Shown here: one piece after another, positions 10,789 through 20,900 of the stretch
Numbering within the stretch: position 1 is the stretch's first letter
How the letters are laid out: every line of letters starts with the position of its first letter
Assembly: GCA_965218585.1 (NCBI GenBank)
Contig: CBDCLE010000024.1
Span: 256,001 to 320,000 of the forward strand
DNA: 64,000 nt
Direction of reading: 5' to 3'
Origin: Terriglobia bacterium
GTDB lineage: Bacteria; Acidobacteriota; Terriglobia; 20CM-2-55-15
Program-made: the position numbers and the translations under genes
Notes under the pieces: generated by a model
Seen by the model: only the letters and a program-made list of their open reading frames with translations
The model's database searches: none
What the model was told of the DNA's origin: nothing

Positions 10789-12069
10789 ATGTATCGAGCC
10801 ATTGCCGTTATCTTGCTTTTGGTGGCCACATCGGTGGCCGTCTTTTCGCAACTCGGCCGGAGCGTGTTTTCACCGGGCGCGGACCATCCGGCCGTCCGAT
10901 ATTTTGAAACGACCTCCGATCCGATCGTGGGTCTGAATCGCCGGTTGATAGGCGGGGCAGACACACTCGAGTCTAACGGGCCGCTCGGCTATCTCGAATC
11001 CGTCCTGGACGTCCTGGATGTCCCGGTCGAATCGCAGGTGGTCGCATATTCCAAAAACAGCCTGCAGAGCCTATATATCAGTCCAGAGAATCCGAGACTG
11101 ATCTATTTCAATGATGCGGTTGTGGTAGCCGCGATTCAGGGTGCACCTTTGATCGAGGTGACAGCGATCGACCCGGAAAAGGGCGTGATCTTCTACTCGT
11201 TCGAGCAGGAAGCTCCTTCGCCGCTACAGTTTTCAAGAGAGAACGCAACCTGTCTTCGATGCCACGAATCGTTGAACAGTTTGGGAGTGCCGGGGTTGCT
11301 TGTCCGCAGCGTCATGCCTTCCCGGGAGGGCTGGCCGAATCCGCAACTGGGCAATTTTGTAGTCAATCACGAGAGTCCGTTCGAAGAGCGCTGGGGCGGC
11401 TGGTACGTGACCGGGAGCCACGAAGGAATCCGTCATCTGGGAAACGGGTTCATCACCGATCGGTTGGACGAAGAATCGATCCGTGAGAATCAGAAACTCG
11501 TCTTGGATTCCATAGCGGACCGGGTGGATGGTGGAGCCTACCTGGTTCCTTCCAGTGATATTTCGGCCCTGATGGTGTTTGATCATCAGATGCACATGAC
11601 GAACCTGCTGATCCGGTATGGATGGGAAGTTCGTTATGCCCTGGCCTTTCCGGAAGGTGTTTTCGATCTGAGCGATCGGGCTCTCGAACATGCCGTCAAC
11701 GAAGTTGTGGATTACATGTTGTTCGTCAGCGAACCCGAACTGTCGTCTCGTCTGTCGGCGGGCTCGGGTTTCCGCGAGATATTCGAACAAAAGGGGCCCC
11801 GTGACGGGCAAGGACGCTCGCTGCGGCAATTGAATCTCGATCAGCGACTGATGCGGTATCCGCTGAGTTACATGATCTATTCCACGGCGTTTGACGGCCT
11901 CCCCGTCGAAGCGAAGAGCGCCATCTACGCCCGCCTGTGGCAGGTTCTCTCTGGAAACGATGACAATGTCCGATACGGCCGGCTTTCGCCCGAAGATAGA
12001 CGTGCCATTGTTGAGATTCTTCGGGAGACGAAAGAAGGTCTGCCAGATTATTTTGAGCCGACCCTCTGA
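10789..12069 (+). CDS. Secreted hypothetical protein with a single CxxCH heme motif
   Basis: Signal peptide after MYRAI; SQVVAYSKNSLQ, ISPENPRLIYFND, CLRCH and ERWGGWYVTG; resembles a family I recall from Acidobacteria/Planctomycetes. Confidence 0.75.
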   Translation: MYRAIAVILLLVATSVAVFSQLGRSVFSPGADHPAVRYFETTSDPIVGLNRRLIGGADTLESNGPLGYLESVLDVLDVPVESQVVAYSKNSLQSLYISPENPRLIYFNDAVVVAAIQGAPLIEVTAIDPEKGVIFYSFEQEAPSPLQFSRENATCLRCHESLNSLGVPGLLVRSVMPSREGWPNPQLGNFVVNHESPFEERWGGWYVTGSHEGIRHLGNGFITDRLDEESIRENQKLVLDSIADRVDGGAYLVPSSDISALMVFDHQMHMTNLLIRYGWEVRYALAFPEGVFDLSDRALEHAVNEVVDYMLFVSEPELSSRLSAGSGFREIFEQKGPRDGQGRSLRQLNLDQRLMRYPLSYMIYSTAFDGLPVEAKSAIYARLWQVLSGNDDNVRYGRLSPEDRRAIVEILRETKEGLPDYFEPTL

Positions 12070-12115
12070 CGGCCAAGAGTTCAGGGTCTAGTCAGGTCAT
12101 GGTATCGTGACCCTT

Positions 12116-12379
12116 ATGCCGATCTACGAATACGAGTGTCAGGAGTGCGATAACGAATTCGAATTGTTGATACTCCCGTCGACGAAGGACACGCCTCGGT
12201 GTCCGGAGTGCAAGAGCAAGAAGATCGAACGGACGATCTCCCGTTTCGCAATGAGTTCGGAGAGCATTCGGGATGCAAACTGGAAGTCGGCCCGGAAGAA
12301 GGGAATGAAGGTGGGTCTCGACAAGCAGAGAGAAGAAGTCAAATACCAGAAGAAGGTTCTGGACGAAACAGACCGATAG
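12116..12379 (+). CDS. FmdB family zinc-ribbon protein
   Basis: MPIYEYECQECDNEFE...CPECKS is the classic FmdB pattern. Confidence 0.88.
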   Translation: MPIYEYECQECDNEFELLILPSTKDTPRCPECKSKKIERTISRFAMSSESIRDANWKSARKKGMKVGLDKQREEVKYQKKVLDETDR

Positions 12380-12485
12380 TTCCAAACGGCTTTCCCGGCA
12401 TCCATTTGACCGTTACTGGTTCTCTTCGTAATATCTAGCAGTTCGAGGCTCGAAGCCACCAGGTTCGTTTCAGGAGGTATCTCAC

Positions 12486-14063
12486 ATGCGTTCTCTCACA
12501 TGGATCATGACAACCGCGCTCTTTATGGCGGGCACCCCGTCTTTTGCAGCCCAGGACGTCGCCCAGTTGAACGAGCTGAAAGGCGAAGCCGTCGAGACGG
12601 TGGATACGCTGGCGACGTTCACGCAACAGATGGTGGACATGATCTTCAGCTTCGGTGAACTGGGATTCCAGGAAGTTGAAACCTCTGCCTATATCACTGG
12701 AATCCTTGAAGAGAACGGGTTCGAGGTAGAGCGCGGCATCTCGGGTATGCCGACGGCGTGGATGGCGACATGGGGTTCGGGTGAACCTGTGATCGCGTTG
12801 GGAAGCGACCTCGATGGTATTCCGAAGGCGTCACAGAAGCCGGGTGTCGCCTACTACGATCCGATCATCGAAGGCGCTCCAGGTCACGGTGAAGGACACA
12901 ATTCGGGACAGGCAGTCAACGTTACGGCCGCGTTAGTCGTAAAAGAAATCATGGAACGCGAGGGCATATCCGGCACGTTGAAGGTGTGGCCGGGTGTGGC
13001 TGAAGAGCAGCTCGGTTCGAAAGCCTATTTTGTTCGCGACGGTTTTTTCGAGGATGTCGATATCGTCCTGTATTCCCACGTCAGCAATAACCTGTCTGCG
13101 ACCTATGGTCCCAGGGCGGGAAGCGGGTTGGTCTCTGTAGAGTTCACTTTTCACGGTGAGGCGGCTCATGGTGCCGGTGCCCCCTGGCGCGGCCGCAGCG
13201 CTCTGGATGCTGTCGAACTGATGAACATTGGCTGGAACTACCGACGGGAACACATGCGGCTTCAACAGCGATCGCATTATGTCATTCCGAACGGTGGCGA
13301 TCAGCCAAACGTCGTTCCTTCCGAGGCATCAGTCTGGTATTTCTTCCGCGAAACCAGCTATCCAAGGATTTCGGACATGCTTGAGGCGGGCCAGACCATG
13401 GCCGAGGCGGCGGCGATGATGACGGGAACGGACGTGGAACACCGAATCCTCGGGTCGGCGTGGCCTGCGTATTTCAACAAGACGATTGCCGAGACGATGT
13501 ACGCCAATATCGAGACGGTGGGGTTGCCCGAATGGAGCGACGATGACCAGGCGCTGGCCCAGGCGGTGCAACGAGAACTGGGTAACGAAGAGCAGGACGG
13601 GTTGGCCACGAGCATCGATCCGATGCCTGAACCCATCGAGGAACCTCAGGGTGGAGGATCGGACGACATCGGAGACATCTCATGGAACGTGCCGACTGTC
13701 ACGCTCCGATTTCCCTCCAACATACCGGGACTGCCAGGACACCACTGGTCGAACGCCGTGGCGATGGCCACACCCATCGCGCACAAGGGCGCGACTGCCG
13801 GCGCCAAGGTGCAGGCGATGACGCTGCTGGACTTCCTGCTGCGGCCCGAGCTGAGGGATGAAGCCTGGGAATACTTCAGGGACGTTCAGACACCGGAGAC
13901 GAGGTACACGCCGTTGATCAGTGCTGACGACACTCCGGCAACGCATCTGAACACCGACATCATGGAGCAGTATCGGCCGCGGATGCGGGAGTTCTATTTC
14001 GATCCAACACGCTACGACACGTATCTGGAGCAGTTGGGTGTCGAGTATCCAACGCTAAGGTAG
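12486..14063 (+). CDS. M20 family amidohydrolase (AbgB-like), secreted
   Basis: ELGFQE, GSDLDG, GHGEGHNSG, AEEQ, GRSALDAVELM, GGDQPNVVP and GSDDIGD motifs; signal peptide; AGGAGG RBS. Confidence 0.9.
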   Translation: MRSLTWIMTTALFMAGTPSFAAQDVAQLNELKGEAVETVDTLATFTQQMVDMIFSFGELGFQEVETSAYITGILEENGFEVERGISGMPTAWMATWGSGEPVIALGSDLDGIPKASQKPGVAYYDPIIEGAPGHGEGHNSGQAVNVTAALVVKEIMEREGISGTLKVWPGVAEEQLGSKAYFVRDGFFEDVDIVLYSHVSNNLSATYGPRAGSGLVSVEFTFHGEAAHGAGAPWRGRSALDAVELMNIGWNYRREHMRLQQRSHYVIPNGGDQPNVVPSEASVWYFFRETSYPRISDMLEAGQTMAEAAAMMTGTDVEHRILGSAWPAYFNKTIAETMYANIETVGLPEWSDDDQALAQAVQRELGNEEQDGLATSIDPMPEPIEEPQGGGSDDIGDISWNVPTVTLRFPSNIPGLPGHHWSNAVAMATPIAHKGATAGAKVQAMTLLDFLLRPELRDEAWEYFRDVQTPETRYTPLISADDTPATHLNTDIMEQYRPRMREFYFDPTRYDTYLEQLGVEYPTLR

Positions 14064-14111
14064 AGGACTCGATCTCGACGAGTAGCCGATCGGCTTGCCA
14101 AGGCGGACCCC

Positions 14112-14632
14112 TTAGTGGGTTCGGACAGCTTTTCTTACGACCTGGCGCCGTGCAACGATGCTGCCCAGAAGCAGTGGGCCGACCAACAACACCCTTTCCG
14201 CTAAGGCAAGCATCAAATCAGTGACTCCTTCCACGGGGAAATTGATTAATATGAAGACCACTGTCATGATCGGAACAGCCAAGAACGCAACTGCGACCGA
14301 GGCGTAGATCCCTCGCACGGGCGCGGCTCTGACAAAGGCGAATCCAGTCAATAAGGTCCCGAAAACAAATAGGCCGGGGCCGTCGTCGAATTCCGCCAAC
14401 ACGAGCATCAGTAACCACGTGGCGCCGCAGGCAACGGTCAATCCAAGAAGGGCAGTCGGGACTCACTGAACCCCTTCCACCAGAGCGCCAAGGTTGTCCG
14501 AACAAGGTGGGACCAGAACCAGATCCGTCCACGGGATCGGGCTTCTTCCAATAGATCACCCTCTATCGACCGTCCGTGTTCAGGAGACGTAAACAGCGTC
14601 AGCAACATTGCCGACAGCGACCACTTCGACAT
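14112..14632 (-). CDS. PadR-associated membrane protein, frameshifted near 14441
   Basis: N-terminal IEGDLLEE..R..WFW motif typical of proteins downstream of acidobacterial PadR; TM helices continue in ORF 14112-14441. Confidence 0.6.
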
Positions 14633-14957
14633 GGGTACCTCCCAGGAGTTCCAGCCCCTCGAGCAGACTCTGGTAAGCGTTATGCGCCCTCTTCACCGTC
14701 TTGAGGCCCGCCGCGCTGACCTTGTAGTAGCGCTTGGCCCGTCCACCGCGCTCGGGTGTCGGGTCACCCAGCCGGGAGGCTACGAAACCCTTTTCCTCCA
14801 GGCGTTGCAGTGTCGTGTACAGGGCTCCCGGCGCCACGTTGCGCCCGGTGTGTTCGGTAATCTCCGCCCGGATGCTAACGCCGTACGCGGTGTCATCTAA
14901 ACGGAGAATCGACAGGAGGACGATCTGCTCGAACTCCCCCAGAACGTGCGTGCCCAT
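14580..14957 (-). CDS. PadR family transcriptional regulator
   Basis: LGEFEQIVLL, AYGVSI, GALYTTLQRLEEKG and RGGRAKRYY motifs. Confidence 0.9.
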   Translation of the reverse strand: MGTHVLGEFEQIVLLSILRLDDTAYGVSIRAEITEHTGRNVAPGALYTTLQRLEEKGFVASRLGDPTPERGGRAKRYYKVSAAGLKTVKRAHNAYQSLLEGLELLGGTHVEVVAVGNVADAVYVS

Positions 14958-15330
14958 GGGAGACATTGTCGGTGACTGGATTGTTGGCCGCTTGGACGAT
15001 CTCTTCGTTTGGTTTGTGGGTGTCGCTATGTTAGCAGTGCTGCATCGCTTCTTCTTCAGCAAGAAACTCAAAGAAGAAATCATGGAGTCAGAAACAAAAC
15101 TACTCAAAGCGATTGAACGCAAACAAGATGGATCTGATAGCAAATCCAGGGATGTGCAGTCAAGAGGCGTGATTGAGTTGGAGCGGCGAATCGACAGGGT
15201 TGAATGGGACTGGAATAGGCTTAAGCGGGCAGAGTCCGCGAGAGAAATAGCGAAAGAGATCAAACAGTTAGAGGCCGAAGACGACGCGAAAGAAAGGCGC
15301 TCCAGCGGAACCAAGGGACGCCAGTCCTAG
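14956..15330 (+). CDS. Hypothetical protein with one TM helix and a coiled coil (passenger, possibly 5'-truncated)
   Basis: LFVWFVGVAMLAVLHRFFF followed by a charged coiled-coil region; atypical composition. Confidence 0.4.
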   Translation: MGDIVGDWIVGRLDDLFVWFVGVAMLAVLHRFFFSKKLKEEIMESETKLLKAIERKQDGSDSKSRDVQSRGVIELERRIDRVEWDWNRLKRAESAREIAKEIKQLEAEDDAKERRSSGTKGRQS

Positions 15331-15530
15331 AATGCGCAAAATAATGGGGGCGTATGAAGAAGAAAAAGAAACCGAAGCCACGTCGAAAGCCGCCCAAGAT
15401 GCTCGAATTGGACGACCACGCGCTTATGGAGAAGCTATTCGGTAAGCGCGCTGTCAAGAAACTTGACGAGTTAGCAGCGCAGAAATCGAAATGAATAACT
15501 ATACAGTCAGTTCGTCAAGTGCATAATCAC
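14960..15530 (+). mobile_element. Probable remnant (right end plus passenger ORFs) of an IS1595-family element
   Basis: Lower-GC, A-rich segment with two short ORFs; ends in GTCAAGTGCATAATC (15514-15528), which resembles IS1595-type terminal repeats; the downstream gene lacks its N-terminus. No transposase present. Confidence 0.5.
15354..15494 (+). CDS. Small basic protein, 46 aa (MKKKKKPKPRRKPPKMLELDDHALMEKLFGKRAVKKLDELAAQKSK)
   Basis: Manual translation; GGGGG RBS-like sequence upstream; lies just inside the putative IS end. Confidence 0.45.
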   Translation: MKKKKKPKPRRKPPKMLELDDHALMEKLFGKRAVKKLDELAAQKSK

Positions 15531-16499
15531 GGTTTCTTTGGTCGGTTCGACACAGAGACGTTCGTCGAGATGGAAGCTGAAATCCTTGAAGTGTTCTGGA
15601 GAAACCCACATGTTTACGTGATCGTCGAGACCACGGATGCGGGAGATCAAGCCGTCCGCTGGGACCTGGAGACATCCTCGCCGACCCTCCTGACGCGCTC
15701 GGGAATGGGGCCGGAAACCGTGAGCGTTGGGGACCAGGTCCGGATCGCAGGCTTTCCCTCGGTCACCGGCCGCAATGAGATCTTTCTAACGAACCTCCTG
15801 ATTGCAAGCGGCGAAGAATTTATCCTCAGAAGAAACGTCGATTTGAAATGGGCAGACGAGCGAACCGGTGACGATTCGTTCCTGTTTCAGACCGAGGGCG
15901 ACACCACTCAACCGGACCTGGGCATATATCGAACCTGGAGTCACACGAACACGATCCCGTTTCTGTTTCCCGAGGCCACCGATCTCAGCTTCAGTGTGAA
16001 CGATTACCCTATGACCCGGGCGGCGCTCGACGCGTTTGACCGGGCAACGGACAATCCCACCGCCGACTGCACGCCAAAGGGGATGCCAACGATCATGGAG
16101 CAGCCCAACCCTATGGAAGTTGTTGGGCAGGGCGAGGATATACTGCTAAGAATCGAGGAGTACGACACGCTCCGTCTGATCCACATGGAAGAGGCCTCCG
16201 CACCGGTCGGTGAGCCGTTGTCGCCGTTGGGGTATTCGGTGGGCCGCTGGGAGGGAACAACGCTCGTTGTAACGACGACCCGTCTAAACTGGCCGTTCTT
16301 CAACCAACTCGGAATTCCCCAGAGCGAAGACTCGACGATTGTCGAACGTTTCAGCCCGACGCGGGACGGGGGCCGAATGGATTACGAATTGACGGTTACC
16401 GATCCGGTCAATTTCACCGAACCGGTAACTCTCGGGAAGCACTGGCTGTATCTGCCGGACCAGGAAGTCCTGCCCTTCGACTGCGCCGTTCGGAACTGA
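15528..16499 (+). pseudogene. DUF6152-like two-domain secreted protein, 5'-truncated (no signal peptide or convincing start)
   Basis: Begins HGFFGRFD....WRNPHVY (family pattern signal-HH.F...FD...W.NPH); second domain has C.P.G, GYSVGRWEG.TLVV.TT and DP..FTEP motifs. Confidence 0.65.
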
Positions 16500-16527
16500 A
16501 CTTCCTGTTCCAGAGGTTAACTCGCGG

Positions 16528-17799
16528 TTACTCCGATCCTTCGCCTGTCCACTGGGCGCTCAACCCATCGCGGTCGATCATGTTGCCGCGGAGATAGACC
16601 GAATCGATGAGCCGCGTGTTGGTGATGTCGTCCAGCGGATTGGCATCCAGGACGATGAAATCGGCACTCTTGCCCGCCTCGACGGTGCCGGCATCGTCGA
16701 TCTGTAAGACCGCAGCCGAATTACGGGTTGCCGACACGATGACTTCGGCCGGTGTCATTCCCGCCTCGACCATATCCAGCATCTCGACATGGGGTTGCCA
16801 GTCGGTCGGGCCGTCGGTTCCAAAGGCGATCAACATGCCGGCTTCGTTGAGCCGGGCCAGGTTGCGGGCCTGGATCCCGTGCGACTCCTGAGCCGCCGGC
16901 CGGTCCGTGGCCCCTTCCTGAAGCGCGGCGACCTCTTCAGCAGTGAGTGATCCGCTGAGCCAGCTCATGTCTGTGGCCACACCACGATCGGGCATGTTCG
17001 GAATGAGGAAGAGATCCGGACGTTCCTGGACCATGGCGACGAACTCATCGTCGATATCCATGTCCCGGACACCATGGGCAAAGCCGTCAAGGCCTGCTTC
17101 GACCAGACCCTTCGCATCCTCGAGGGTGAAGATGTGCGCGGCAACCCGGAGGCCGTTTGCATGGGCTTCGTCGATGACAGCGCCATACAGTTCCGGCGTG
17201 AGCTTGGGATAGGCGCCGTTGCGGTCGTCCACCCATATCTTGACCAGGTCGACCTGGCGTTCGGCCAGTTCCTGGATGGCTGTCCGGGCTTCGTCCTCGG
17301 TATCGATCCAGTAAGGTACCTCCGAGCGACCAGGCTCGGGGCGGGTGATCCCGCGGCCTGCCGTTCTCAGGAGTGCAGCGTTGGGGATTGGATTCTCGCG
17401 TACCTCGAAAGCGAGATCGCCATCCTGCCCCATGCTGATAACAGCGCTGATGCCGTAGTAGGCAAACCGCTGCAGCTGTTCTTCGAGTTCTTCCCGGGTC
17501 TGGGCGACATGTTTGTGTGCGTCCACAATGGCCGGCATGACCGTTTTTCCGGTCAGGTCCACAAGCGTGGCTCCCGCGGGAACATTGACTGTGCCGGTCG
17601 GACCGGCTTCGATGATGCGCCCGTTCTGCACGGTGAACGTGGCGTTCTCAATCGGGGCGTTGCCGTCGCCTACGATAAGGCGTCCTCCCTCAAATGCTGT
17701 CATGCCTACGACCGGCGGCGCCTCCTCCGGACCGGCGCACGACGTTGCCAGAAACATGGTGATCGCAATCAGAGTCGTGGTTAACGTTACACGGCGCAT
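16528..17799 (-). CDS. Amidohydrolase family (metal-dependent TIM barrel) lipoprotein
   Basis: DLTGKTVMPAIVDAHKH, VKIWVDDR, AAHIF, FGTDG and GKSADFIVLDANPL motifs; ATSC lipobox; AGGAGG RBS. Confidence 0.9.
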   Translation of the reverse strand: MRRVTLTTTLIAITMFLATSCAGPEEAPPVVGMTAFEGGRLIVGDGNAPIENATFTVQNGRIIEAGPTGTVNVPAGATLVDLTGKTVMPAIVDAHKHVAQTREELEEQLQRFAYYGISAVISMGQDGDLAFEVRENPIPNAALLRTAGRGITRPEPGRSEVPYWIDTEDEARTAIQELAERQVDLVKIWVDDRNGAYPKLTPELYGAVIDEAHANGLRVAAHIFTLEDAKGLVEAGLDGFAHGVRDMDIDDEFVAMVQERPDLFLIPNMPDRGVATDMSWLSGSLTAEEVAALQEGATDRPAAQESHGIQARNLARLNEAGMLIAFGTDGPTDWQPHVEMLDMVEAGMTPAEVIVSATRNSAAVLQIDDAGTVEAGKSADFIVLDANPLDDITNTRLIDSVYLRGNMIDRDGLSAQWTGEGSE

Positions 17800-17973
17800 G
17801 GAATACCTCCTCAGAGCTCGAATTACACGTTGATACGTCGCCCCCAGCCAGGTCGGGTGCCAAGGTCCGAACGCGAGCGTCGATGAACCCGGATAGTCTA
17901 GTATCTTGTTGCCCAGATAGCGAGATTAACGTTGAACCGGACCGTAAAGATCCAAACGGTGGAGGGAGTGACC

Positions 17974-20900
17974 CTATTTAGGCGCTCTACGCTTCTTGAC
18001 TGGCTCATCGGAGCGAGCTTTGAGGAGCCCTGGAACTCGGCCTGGCTCGGCTTTCAGGTTGGGTGAAGATTCAGTAATCACCAGTGAAAGTGCGTCGATT
18101 CGCTGGAGGGTGAGCGAGTAGGCCCCGGTTTCGCCGGAGAAGAACGATGTGGCTTCGATTGAATAGTCGCCGGTTGCGGGGATCGTTGTCGTACCTGAGC
18201 CGGGAATCCGTGAATTCGTTCCGTCGCCGCCATCGTCGTTGGATGTCAGCTCCTGCCCCGAAGGATCGATGAGGTACAGGTAGGTGTCAAAGTCGTCCGA
18301 GCTCATCGATATGACGATCGCGTCATCGGCTGTTGCCGAGAACGTGTAGCAGTCGGCGTTCGAGCCAGTTCGGAAGACGGACGCAGAATCGCCGCTCGCG
18401 AGGCTGCCTTCGATGGTCTGTCCGTAGACAAGAGTCGTACAGTCGGCGGTCTCGGTCCGTGTCAGGGTCAACGAGTACGTGCCAGTTCCACCGAAGTACG
18501 ATGTGGCTTCAATCGTAAACGTGCCCGTGGAGGGCGCCGGGAACGAAACGATCCGTGAGTTGATTCCATCGCCCCCGTCGTCGTCGGACGCAACCACGTC
18601 GCCGAGCGCGTCGGAGAGGAAGACATAGGTGTCGAAGTCGTCCGAGCTGAGGGACACACTGATCCGGTCGCCCTCAACGGCAGAAAACGTGTAGCAATCC
18701 GCACGTGAATCGGTCTGATTCCTGGATTCGTCATCGAACAGTCCCAGTGTTCCCGTCACGGTTTCTCCGTAGCTGATGGGTGTGCACGTCGCACTTTCGA
18801 ACCGGGTCAAGACCAGGGTGTAGTTCCCGGTCGAACTACCGCTGAACGAAGTCGCTTCGATCACGAATGTCTCTGTGGAGGGCAGTTCGAGCGAGGTGAT
18901 CCTGGAGTTGACACCGTCGCCGCCATCGTCATCGTCGGCGACGACATCCCCGTCGGCATTCAGGAGATAGAGGTACGTATCGAAATCGTCCGAGGTCAGG
19001 GAAATATCGACCCGGTCGCCGGCCGTGCCCGAGAAGGTATAACAGTCCGCACGAGACTCGCTCCGGTTCCGAGATTCGGCGTCGCTTTCCTCCAGGACGC
19101 CGGTGACGGCGTCGCCGACCGTGATCGGGCTGCAATCGGTCGACGGAGCCAACGAAACCTGGGACAGTGATATTGTGTAAGCGCCTGTTGCTCCTTCGCC
19201 CCATGAAGTGGCCTCGAACGTGTAAGTGGTGGATGCAGAGACACTGAATCCGCTGATTCTTGAGTCCGTCCCCCTGCCGTCGTCGTCGTTGAAGTCGAGA
19301 ACCTCGCCCGAGGCGTCCTGGATGTAGAGATACGCGTCGAAGTCATCCGAGCTGAGCGACACGGTGATGCGTTCGTCCGAAGGAGCCGCAAACGCATAGC
19401 AATCGGCCTGGGAACCCAGACGGTTCGAAGATGTCCCGTCTGTCGCGGCAAGTTCACCACTGACGGCCTGCCCCAGGCTGATAGTAGAACAGGTCAGAGA
19501 TGTGGAAATGGCTTCGCGCGTCACCGAGAGAGTATAGGTGCCCTCTCCGGTCTCGCTCCAGGAGGTCGCTTCGAGCGTGTACTCCCGGGTTGTGGGGAGC
19601 GTCACCGTCATCCGGGAATCTGTCCCGGCGGGGCCGTCATCATTCGAATCGATGACTTCGCTTTCGGCATCCATCAAAAAGAGGAAGGTGTCGAAGTCGA
19701 GAGAATCCATAGCGAATGTGAGCCGGGAGCCAGCCTCGCCGGAGAAGGTGTAACAATCCGCCCTCGAACCTGACCGGTTTCGGCTTCCGCCGTCACCCAG
19801 ATCCAGAGTCCCTGATACGGTTTGACCCAATGCAATCGTGGAGCAGGTGAGCGCTGTAGAATCCGACGCCCGAGCCAGCGACAGGGAATAAGCGCCCGAT
19901 CCGGAAGAAGTGTACGCTGCGACTTCAATCGTGTGTACGCCTCCATCGGAAAGCGCAAGGGAACCGCTGTCCGGAATCCTGGAGTTGCTGTCTTCCGATC
20001 GGTCGTCGTTGGACGCGATGAGCCGGCCCGCGGGATTTACGAGATACAGGTAGGTGTCGAAGTCTGTAGAGGCTAGGGTAACGGCGACACGGTCCCCCTC
20101 TGCTGCGGAGAACGTGTAGCAATCGCCATAGCTCTGCCGGTGATCCGATCCGGCATCGCTGCCTGTCAGGCCTCCCTCGATCGTTTCACCGAACGCGATA
20201 GGGCTGCACTCGAGCGGTGTGTCGGCCGTAACGGAGAGCGTCAGCGTGTAGCTGCCCGCCGCCGAGTCCGAGAAGGACGTCGCTTCTACGACGTAGGTTC
20301 CCGACGCGGGAAGTATCAGAGACCCCGAGGAGGGAATCGCCGCATTCAATCCTTCGCCCCCGTCGTCATCGAATTCGATGATGCGCCCGACGTTGCTCAT
20401 CAGGAACAGATACGGGTCGATTTCGGTAGAATTCATCTCGATCGCAACGCGGTCACCGAGGGTACCTTCGAACGTGTAACAGTCAGCGAAAACGCCGCTC
20501 CTGTTACTGGAAAACCGATCGGTCGCCTCGAGGCTTCCGGTGAGGGTTTGTCCGGGAGTGATCGTGCCGCATCCCTCGGTCGGAGGTGTGGGGGTGGATC
20601 CGCGAACGCCGCGAATCCTATCGTTCGTGCTGTCGGCGATGTAAACGTTGCCGGTGGCATCCACCAGGAGTGCTCCGGGATCCGCCAGAGCAGCTTCCGT
20701 GGCGGGGACGTTATCGCTGGAAAAACCATAACGCCCGCTTCCTGCGAGCGTTGCGATGAGGCCCGTGACGGCATCGACTCGGCGGATGCGGTCATTGAAG
20801 CTGTCGGCAATGAAGATATTTCCGGACTCATCGACGGCCACCCCCGCCGGGTCCGCCAGGGCTGCGAGGGTTGCAGCTCCTCCATCGCCATCGAAGTCCC

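Noticed and set aside
14958-15314. Long N-terminal extension of PadR (244-aa ORF)
   Set aside because: It is the antisense read of the inserted segment; PadR homology begins at MGTHVLGEFEQ.
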